Assembly (NCBI GenBank): GCA_017466885.1
Contig: JAFTTH010000021.1
Span: 6,624-70,623 of the forward strand
Direction of reading: 5' to 3'
Source of the DNA: Oscillospiraceae bacterium
GTDB lineage: Bacteria > Bacillota > Clostridia > Oscillospirales > Ruminococcaceae
DNA: 64,000 nt
Part shown: piece by piece, positions 57,520-64,000 of the stretch
Numbering within the stretch: position 1 is the first letter of the stretch
How the letters are laid out: the number at the start of each line of letters is the position of its first letter
Made by a program: the position numbers and the translations under genes
The notes under the pieces: model-generated
Databases searched by the model: none
What the model was told of the DNA's origin: nothing
What the model saw: only the letters and a program-made list of their open reading frames with translations

Positions 57520-58413
57520 ATGAAGTATGTTCCCTTTATCGGAGCGGGCTCCGCTCTTGTAACTCCCATGACCCGGGATGATAAGGTCAATTATGCAGAG
57601 TTCGCCAAAATGGTGGATGACCAGATCAAGGACGGAATCGACGCCGTTGTAGTCTGCGGCACTACCGGAGAGGCTTCCACGATGTACGATGAGGAGCACC
57701 TGTCGGTGATCGAGGAATGCGTTAAGGTGGTTGCCCACCGGGTCCCGGTTATTGCCGGCACCGGAAGTAACTATACTGCCCACGCTATTGAGCTTTCCCG
57801 GGCGGCGGAGAAACTGGGTGTGGATGGCCTGCTCCATGTGACCCCCTATTATAATAAAACCTCCCAGCGGGGGCTGATTAACCATTTTACCATGATTGCA
57901 AAGTCGGTGGATCTTCCCATTCTGCTGTATAATGTTCCCTCCCGCACCGGAATGACCATCCAGCCCGAGACCTATGCTGAGTTGGCCAAGATTCCTAACA
58001 TTGTTGGAACGAAAGAGGCTTCGGGGAACCTGGAGCAGATCCGCCGGACGGTGGAGCTCTGCGGAGATGAGCTGAATCTTTACAGCGGGAATGACGATCA
58101 GATCTTCGACCTGCTGGAGATGGGCGCCAAGGGCGTCATTTCCGTCCTTTCGGACGTTCTTCCCAAGGAGACCAGCCAGATCGTCAAAACCTATCTGAAC
58201 GGAGATAAGGAACAATCCCGCCGAATGCAGGAATATTATATGCCTCTCATTAAGGCGCTTTTCTCGGATGTCAACCCCATTCCGGTCAAGGCGGCCGTGA
58301 ACCTTATGGGTTACGATGCCGGCGAGTGCCGCGCTCCCCTCTTCCCTATGGAGGAGGCAAAGATCGCGGCTTTGGCGGATGAGATGCGGAAGGTAGGTCT
58401 CCGGGTATGCTGA
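57520..58413 (+). CDS. dapA: 4-hydroxy-tetrahydrodipicolinate synthase
   Basis: GTTGE motif, YNVPSRTG and the catalytic Lys region (GTKEASG). 297 aa. Confidence 0.95.
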   Translation: MKYVPFIGAGSALVTPMTRDDKVNYAEFAKMVDDQIKDGIDAVVVCGTTGEASTMYDEEHLSVIEECVKVVAHRVPVIAGTGSNYTAHAIELSRAAEKLGVDGLLHVTPYYNKTSQRGLINHFTMIAKSVDLPILLYNVPSRTGMTIQPETYAELAKIPNIVGTKEASGNLEQIRRTVELCGDELNLYSGNDDQIFDLLEMGAKGVISVLSDVLPKETSQIVKTYLNGDKEQSRRMQEYYMPLIKALFSDVNPIPVKAAVNLMGYDAGECRAPLFPMEEAKIAALADEMRKVGLRVC

Positions 58414-59165
58414 AGCTGATGCTGGTGGGCGCGCTGGGCAGAATGGGGCGCGCCGTGGCAGCTGCCGCCGCCGAGCGGGAGGACTGCACCGTCCTTTGCG
58501 GAGTGGATCGGGAGGCCTCGGATGCTCTGGCGTTTCCTGTTTATTCCTCCTTTGATGATGTGCAGGAGCAGGCAGACTGCATCATTGATTTTTCCAATCC
58601 CGGTGCTCTTCCGGGGTTGCTTGATTATGCACTCCGCACCGGAACACCGGCGGTAATCGCCACCACCGGCCTTTCTGCCCAGCAGATCGACTCTATCCGG
58701 GCGGCTTCGGAAAAGGTACCCCTTTTCTTCAGTGCCAATATGTCCCTGGGAGTAAATCTCTTGGCGGCTCTTGCAAAGAAGGCGGCCGAGATATTGGGAG
58801 ATAGCTTTGATATTGAGATTATTGAAAAGCACCATAACCGGAAGCTGGATGCCCCCAGCGGCACCGCTTTGATGCTGGCCTCCGCTTTGGAGGAGGGCCT
58901 TTCCTACTCTCCCGAATATACCTACGATCGCCACGCTGTCCGGAAGCAGCGGGACCCCCACGAGATCGGGATCCACGCCATCCGGGGCGGCACCATCGTC
59001 GGGGAGCACGAGATCCTCTTTGCCGGCCGGGATGAGATGGTCACCCTCTCTCACACCGCCCTCTCCCGGGAGGTCTTTGCGGTGGGCGCACTCAATGCCG
59101 CCCTCTTCCTGCCCGGGCAGACTCCCGGACTTTACAGTATGAAAGAGCTGGTAGAGCAAAAGTGA
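58407..59165 (+). CDS. dapB: 4-hydroxy-tetrahydrodipicolinate reductase
   Basis: N-terminal GALGRMG, E(K)HHNRKLDAPSGTA signature. Overlaps the dapA stop by 7 nt. Confidence 0.93.
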   Translation: MLKLMLVGALGRMGRAVAAAAAEREDCTVLCGVDREASDALAFPVYSSFDDVQEQADCIIDFSNPGALPGLLDYALRTGTPAVIATTGLSAQQIDSIRAASEKVPLFFSANMSLGVNLLAALAKKAAEILGDSFDIEIIEKHHNRKLDAPSGTALMLASALEEGLSYSPEYTYDRHAVRKQRDPHEIGIHAIRGGTIVGEHEILFAGRDEMVTLSHTALSREVFAVGALNAALFLPGQTPGLYSMKELVEQK

Positions 59166-59205
59166 GGATTCCTTCCCCGGAATCGTTCCAAATGCAAAAA
59201 CAATG

Positions 59206-59231
59206 CCCCCTGCTGTGAAAACGGCAGGGGG
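59206..59231. terminator. hairpin between convergent dapB and DMT transporter genes
   Basis: CCCCCTGC / GCAGGGGG 8-bp stem. The minus-strand reading is followed by CATTGTTTTTGC. The plus strand lacks a clean T-run. Confidence 0.5.
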
Positions 59232-59326
59232 TTGGCTATATGGGTGAAGATGCGCCTGTTCTTGTTATGCACAAAAGAAAGAAAAAGAGAAGCTCCCTCG
59301 TCCTGGCTGGGCGGGGGAGCCGCTTT

Positions 59327-60259
59327 TTACAGAAATGTCAAGGTGCTGAAAAAACATAGAGCAATGCTCAGCCACATCCTCTTGGATAGCTTTTCCTTGA
59401 AAAGGAAGCCCGCCAGAGAGGTGAAAATAATGGTTCCGCCGGTAACAAAGGGATAGAGGGCGGTGGCCGGAACATACAGGGCGCTGTAAACCTGGAGGAA
59501 ACCTATAACGGCATTCAAAACGGAAGAACCTGCCACCAAAAGAGCAATCAGCAGCACAGTCTTTCGGCTTGTCGGGGCGGAGGCATCGGTATCCGGTTGC
59601 GCCGGAGCGGGGCGCTTGACCAGCATAAGGACTAGGAGGATCAGCGCCGACACCCCGAACCGGACGATGTTATTCCAAAGAACAAACTGGTCGCTTCCGA
59701 TTACGGGGAGGACAGTCTCAACCTGGTGCACTTTGACCGATACGCTGGCGAAACCGTTCAACAGGAAGATGGCCAGATACATTAGCAGAAGCTTCCAGTC
59801 CAGCTTCTCCTTGGTATAGTTGGCAAGGACGACTGAAAAGGTCATCACGATCAGACCGACCGTCCGCAGGAGGGAAAGCTCCTCCCCAAGAAAAAGCACC
59901 CCCCAGATATACGGAACGATCATTCCGCCTGTCATGAGGAAAAGTGTATACCGGGCCATACTGCCCTTTTGTAGAACGCGGAAACTGAGAAGAGTATAAA
60001 ATTGCACCGTAAGTGCTGCGACAGCAGCCATTGCAAAGGAGAATGGGGTAAACTCCACCTGGAATCCCACGACCACAAGATAAATTACAACAGCGCACAG
60101 CCCGGTCAGGGCAGTAAAGATCAAGCCTGCCCGGAGGGAGGTGCCTCGCTTCTTTTGATAAATCTTGGTGACAGAAAAGTTCAGCGCCAAAAGGAGCGCT
60201 GAAATTGCTAACATAATATAATAGGTCAAAGTGAATCCCTTCCTTCCGCAGAATATCAT
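59327..60259 (-). CDS. DMT-superfamily (EamA/RhaT-like) transporter
   Basis: About 10 TM helices in two homologous halves and no soluble domain. The start is uncertain (ATG 60259, TTG near 60229, or ATG 60214). Confidence 0.65.
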   Translation of the reverse strand: MIFCGRKGFTLTYYIMLAISALLLALNFSVTKIYQKKRGTSLRAGLIFTALTGLCAVVIYLVVVGFQVEFTPFSFAMAAVAALTVQFYTLLSFRVLQKGSMARYTLFLMTGGMIVPYIWGVLFLGEELSLLRTVGLIVMTFSVVLANYTKEKLDWKLLLMYLAIFLLNGFASVSVKVHQVETVLPVIGSDQFVLWNNIVRFGVSALILLVLMLVKRPAPAQPDTDASAPTSRKTVLLIALLVAGSSVLNAVIGFLQVYSALYVPATALYPFVTGGTIIFTSLAGFLFKEKLSKRMWLSIALCFFSTLTFL

Positions 60260-60432
60260 ATCGAAAAGATTAGCCGATTTCTATGCCTTTCTCACCAGAA
60301 AATGCAAAAAAATCACCACAAGAGAGAACGAACCGGGTCAAATCATCTTTTTTTGCAAAAAACAAAACATCCAGCATTCTTATTGCAATTGTATGCTGTT
60401 ATATGTTAAAATCACCATGTGGAGGGAATTAT

Positions 60433-61245
60433 ATGGCACGAAAAATGAAAATGAAACCTATGAGGGGCGTGGCGCCCTTCCTTTTTGGCATTCATTATAC
60501 AGACGGCGAGAAGAATTTATATAGCCCGGTACATATCCATCGGGAATGTGAGGTTTATATTAACGTCAGCGGAGATGTTTCCTTTGTGGTGGAAAACCGT
60601 GTTTATCCCATTTTGCCGGGGAGTGTGATCATTACTCGCCCTTATGAATGTCACCATTGTGTCTATCATAGCGACCGGAGATATCAGCATTACTGGATCC
60701 TCTTTTCCTGCGAGGGAAATGAGTGGATGCTGGATCTTTTCTTTAAGAGGAAGGCCGGAGAAGGCAACCTTTTGGTACTTCCCCCGGAGGAGAGAAAGGA
60801 GCTTTTGCAGATCTGCCGGCGGATGGAGGGCGGTAATCCAAGAGGGGCGGAGAGGCATAGCCTTTTCTTCCGGATTCTGACCCTGCTGGAGCGGGCGGAG
60901 CAGATTACTCCCTCCAAAAATATCTACCCTGAGGATATTCTTTGGGCGCTCGGGATGATCGGAGAGCATTTTGCCGAGCCGCTTACAGTGCAGCAACTTG
61001 CCGAATCGGCCCACGTTAGCGTCAACACAATGGAACGTCACTTCCGGCGTTTTCTCCAGATGACGCCCCGTACCTACCTCCAAAAGGTGCGGCTGGCAAA
61101 CTCAGTCCGGCTTCTATCTCAGGGGAGCAGTGTGACAGAGGCCTGCACTGAAAGTGGGTTTTCGGACTGTTCCTCCTTTATTGCTCTCTTTAAGCGGACC
61201 TACGGTGCCACTCCGTTGCAGTACCAGAAAAAGCTGCCCCGGTAA
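60433..61245 (+). CDS. AraC family transcriptional regulator (cupin sensor plus HTH)
   Basis: N-terminal cupin-like region (HIHRECEVYINVSGD) and C-terminal dual HTH (LAESAHVSVNTMERHFRR ... SGFSDCSSFIALFKRTYG.TP). Start ATG 60433 behind GGAGGGA. Confidence 0.85.
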   Translation: MARKMKMKPMRGVAPFLFGIHYTDGEKNLYSPVHIHRECEVYINVSGDVSFVVENRVYPILPGSVIITRPYECHHCVYHSDRRYQHYWILFSCEGNEWMLDLFFKRKAGEGNLLVLPPEERKELLQICRRMEGGNPRGAERHSLFFRILTLLERAEQITPSKNIYPEDILWALGMIGEHFAEPLTVQQLAESAHVSVNTMERHFRRFLQMTPRTYLQKVRLANSVRLLSQGSSVTEACTESGFSDCSSFIALFKRTYGATPLQYQKKLPR

Positions 61246-61289
61246 AGGGTATCCTCCTGTGATTTCCGGGAGAGGAGAAGGAATACTCC

Positions 61290-61318
61290 TTGATTTTGCC
61301 CACCGATTATAGTATAAT
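61290..61318 (+). promoter_or_regulatory. sigma-A type promoter upstream of the 545-aa ORF
   Basis: TTGATT (61290-61295), 17-bp spacer, TATAAT (61313-61318). About 125-nt leader. Confidence 0.5.
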
Positions 61319-61447
61319 GAGCGGCAAAGAGGCATTTGCGGGTCCAAAGCAGGCAGAACCTGCATTATGCGGATTTTTGACCGGGCTGAGAGATCCGCCA
61401 ATGAAATGAAAACGTTTTATTATTACAACTAAGGAGTATGATCTGCT

Positions 61448-63085
61448 ATGTTCACTTATCTTCATTGTTATATGCCCCAAACGTGGGAAGCTCAGGTCAG
61501 GGCCGGCTTGATCCGCCCCGGGGACGGTATTCGTTTTTCCCAGTCGCTGGATATTGAGGAGGAACTGAAATTCAACCGTCTTGCGCAGAAGGGCGGCGCA
61601 CTTTATCAGTATGTCAAGGAGCACCGTTGCCCGTTTTATATCGATCGCCTGCAGGGGGGGTGCTTTTTGGAGGAGTACCCCTATGATATGGAGTTGGTGA
61701 ATGAATACCGCCGGTTGCTGGGGGATAAATTCTGGGGCTTCCAGATGCACGAATGGGGCTCTAATATGCGCTCCGATTTTGAAAAGATCACCAGCAACCA
61801 ATGTCCCGAGTGGACGGCGGAGGCCATTACCGAAACGATTCGGCGGGCCTACCCCTATGAGCATACCTTCCTGGAGGCGATGAACGCCGAGGAATATGCC
61901 GCTTTGGGCGGAGTCCCCGAAAACTACGGGGAATATCTGGCGGTGATGGAAAAACTGTTTGCCAAGCGCCAGGAATATGTCAGCGGCGATCTGCTTCCCT
62001 GTGATAGCTTCCTCCAGGCGGAGAAGCTGGAGGTGGATGCAGGGGCAAAGCGGTTGATGCCCGAGATCGGTGCCCAAACACCCAATACCCGGATCCAGGT
62101 GGCTTATGCGCGGGGAATGGCCCGTGCAGCAGGAATTCCTTTCGGCACCTATTATGAACCGTGGGGTGGAACTCCTTTCTCTGCCTGCTGTTATCAGCGG
62201 GAGGGGAAAAATGAGTGGAATATTTCGGCAGAATCCTTCCCCTATCAAACATCGGGGGATAACGGCGGTTCCTCCCGCTCTATGCAATGGCGGATGCATC
62301 TGTATTCCTATATGGCCGGCGCTTCCTTTATGGCGGAAGAGTGGGGAATGTGTAATACCTTCTATGATTGGGAAAACTTTGTACTTTCTCCTTACGGTCA
62401 GGTCAAAAAAGACTTCCTTGACTTCGTGGACCGTTATCCGGAGCTCGGTGCACCGGTTGTTCCGGTTGCGGTGGTCCTTCCCAAGGAGATGAAGGTGCTG
62501 GATATGGCGCTGGCCCCCGACCGCTATCTCCGTTACCCGGTGGAGGAGGGCCGCTTTGGGGAGGCCCTTGCCAAAACGTCGGAGGCGCTGAATTATCTGT
62601 TTGTGGAGTCCTCCCCGATGCTTGGCACCGAGACGATCAACCTCCTCAACTACCTGACCCCCGATGCTGTGGATATTATCCACGAGGATAGCCCCACTGT
62701 GGGAGAATATCCGATTTTGGTGGATTGCACCGCCAATCCCGATTTTGCCGCGGCCCATCCCTCTGCGATCACCCCGTTGGGTGAGGTTCGCCAAAAGCTG
62801 AATGCCCTTCTGCCGGTTCAACTGGAGGGTGGTGCGTCTATGCAGATTACCCGGGATGCCGCCACCGGTGAGCAGTATCTTCTTCTGCTGAATAACAGCG
62901 GTGTTCATCGCACCGTGGCCGACGGTGAGGTCCTCCTGCCTGAGGGTGAGATCTGCGTGAAGCTGACTTTGACGGACGGTGTGGAGCTTTGTCCTCTGGA
63001 GGGGAACGGTTCTGCCACCAGGGTGGATGGGAAAACCTATCAGGTTGTGATTCCTTCCGGTGGCTGGCTGTTTGCAAAGCTTTGA
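61448..63085 (+). CDS. hypothetical cytoplasmic protein, possibly a carbohydrate-active enzyme
   Basis: 545-aa ORF with good codon usage and RBS (AAGGAG), and no signal peptide. Several acidic/aromatic blocks (QMHEWG, YYEPWGG, MAEEWG). No family recognised by eye. Confidence 0.6.
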   Translation: MFTYLHCYMPQTWEAQVRAGLIRPGDGIRFSQSLDIEEELKFNRLAQKGGALYQYVKEHRCPFYIDRLQGGCFLEEYPYDMELVNEYRRLLGDKFWGFQMHEWGSNMRSDFEKITSNQCPEWTAEAITETIRRAYPYEHTFLEAMNAEEYAALGGVPENYGEYLAVMEKLFAKRQEYVSGDLLPCDSFLQAEKLEVDAGAKRLMPEIGAQTPNTRIQVAYARGMARAAGIPFGTYYEPWGGTPFSACCYQREGKNEWNISAESFPYQTSGDNGGSSRSMQWRMHLYSYMAGASFMAEEWGMCNTFYDWENFVLSPYGQVKKDFLDFVDRYPELGAPVVPVAVVLPKEMKVLDMALAPDRYLRYPVEEGRFGEALAKTSEALNYLFVESSPMLGTETINLLNYLTPDAVDIIHEDSPTVGEYPILVDCTANPDFAAAHPSAITPLGEVRQKLNALLPVQLEGGASMQITRDAATGEQYLLLLNNSGVHRTVADGEVLLPEGEICVKLTLTDGVELCPLEGNGSATRVDGKTYQVVIPSGGWLFAKL

Positions 63086-63108
63086 TCTTTGGAAGAACTT
63101 GAAAGAAG

Positions 63109-63141
63109 GACGATGGCCTCGTGCAGGCCATCGTCTTTTTT
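63109..63141 (+). terminator. intrinsic terminator after the 545-aa ORF
   Basis: GACGATGGCC (63109-63118) / GGCCATCGTC (63126-63135) followed by TTTTTT. Confidence 0.8.
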
Positions 63142-63261
63142 GGTGTCAGGGATTGCGGTGCTGCCTGTGGGATGGAAGACCACATAGTTTCTGTGACGAA
63201 CCCCCAAAGAAGCATCGTTGTATCGCCGCGGGTTGTTCTATTACCAAAATAACAGTGTTTC

Positions 63262-63290
63262 TTGCAATAACGGTATGGTTATGCTACAAT
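63262..63290 (+). promoter_or_regulatory. sigma-A type promoter upstream of the MORN-repeat gene
   Basis: TTGCAA (63262-63267), 17-bp spacer, extended -10 TGcTACAAT (63282-63290). Confidence 0.5.
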
Positions 63291-63414
63291 GGAAACAGCA
63301 AAATATGAATTACAACCCATCAAAAAGGATCCCCGCAAAAGTCAGTCAATGCAAGCAGTAAAACGGTATTGGCAAAAACCCGGCAAACCAAATAAAAGAC
63401 AGGAGGCAACGATT

Positions 63415-64000
63415 GTGGCAACCGATTATTATATTATTTGCAAACGGTGCGGGAAAAAGGTAGAGCTGAAATATCATGGGGAGAAGAGAGCGCTTTGCGA
63501 TGCGTGCCAGGAGAAGGTCAAGGATGAGAGCATGCGCTGGCGCACCTACACAGATAAATTTGGAAACAAGGTTCGCGTTTCGGAAACGACAGGAAGATTT
63601 GAGGTGAAAATGCCCATTTGGGGTTGGATGGGGAATAGCTTCAAAGGGAATATGGAGCGCCGGTATGTGAACGGGAATCTGTACGTCGGTGGCGTTCACG
63701 GTTCTCTGCGCCATGGCAAGGGTAAAATGATCTGGAGCAATACCGGAAATAGTTACGAGGGCGACTGGGATTACGACAAAATGTCCGGAAAAGGACGATA
63801 CACCTGGGCATCCGGAAACTATTACGAAGGCGATTTTGTAGATGATGAATTTTGCGGCAACGGGAGGATGACCTATTCCGATGGCTGCAAATATGAAGGA
63901 CAGTTCAAGGCGGACAAGCGTCACGGCAAGGGTAAATTGACCTGGCCGGACGGAGATGTTTATGACGGCCAATGGCAGGAGGACGTCCGTACCGGAAAGG
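63415..64000 (+). CDS. zinc-ribbon plus MORN-repeat protein (5' partial, runs off the window)
   Basis: My own translation from GTG 63415 (GGAGG 8 nt upstream) stays open to the window end. N-terminus CKRCGKK...CDACQEK, then repeated Y.G.(W/F).....G.G units (YVGGVHGSLRHGKG, YEGDWDYDKMSGKG, YEGDFVDDEFCGNG, YEGQFKADKRHGKG, YDGQWQED). This ORF is absent from the supplied track. Confidence 0.7.
   Translation, partial: MATDYYIICKRCGKKVELKYHGEKRALCDACQEKVKDESMRWRTYTDKFGNKVRVSETTGRFEVKMPIWGWMGNSFKGNMERRYVNGNLYVGGVHGSLRHGKGKMIWSNTGNSYEGDWDYDKMSGKGRYTWASGNYYEGDFVDDEFCGNGRMTYSDGCKYEGQFKADKRHGKGKLTWPDGDVYDGQWQEDVRTGK

Noticed and set aside
63305-63361. 18-codon ORF (MNYNPSKRIPAKVSQCKQ) in the leader of the MORN gene
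   Set aside because: It has no RBS, and its conservation cannot be judged from this window. It is too short to support without comparative or ribosome-profiling data.
63346-63972. 208-aa minus-strand ORF at the right edge
   Set aside because: It is antisense to a plus-strand frame that encodes clean MORN repeats with an RBS-GTG start. The minus-strand product has no motifs and no RBS.

Overview
This is an origin-proximal chromosomal window from a spore-forming, fairly G+C-rich Firmicute. The taxon is inferred only from gene content (spoVAC, addAB, glmS ribozyme, L-box) and looks Clostridia-like. It opens with the canonical dnaA-dnaN-yaaA-recF-remB-gyrB block. An oriC-type DnaA-box cluster and an AT-rich stretch lie in the dnaA-dnaN spacer. 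The rest is almost entirely housekeeping:

- a heterodimeric ABC exporter pair
- cell-wall genes (dac-type carboxypeptidase, murD, glmS)
- a diaminopimelate/lysine module (ddh, and asd-dapA-dapB behind a lysine riboswitch)
- tRNA modification genes (truB, rluB-type, trmFO, queA, queG-like)
- hisS-aspS, addAB and mfd

Two cis-regulatory RNAs are recognisable directly from sequence: the glmS ribozyme and the L-box. I saw no rRNA, tRNA, CRISPR array, transposase or integrase, and no clear intact novel multi-gene system.

The observations most worth a second look are:

1. Two convergent-gene spacers (11.29-11.44 kb and 13.56-13.97 kb) hold arrays of CCNNC-triloop-GNNGG mini-hairpins. The second spacer has a polarity-switching GAAATC/GATTTC array.
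2. An approximately 290-codon ORF looks like only the C-terminal quarter of a BREX PglX-type methyltransferase, a likely decayed defence gene. It overlaps a Cys-rich membrane protein gene.
3. Origin-region synteny is broken. There is no rpmH/rnpA beside dnaA, no gyrA after gyrB, an orphan spoVAC, and a 34% G+C block at the left edge. A 36-kb run of genes is also transcribed head-on to the predicted fork.
4. An AraC/DMT/unknown 545-aa enzyme-like locus is followed by a zinc-ribbon MORN-repeat protein that runs off the window.

Many very long ORFs in the track are antisense shadows of real genes and were rejected. All protein family calls rest on motif recognition by eye, not on database searches.
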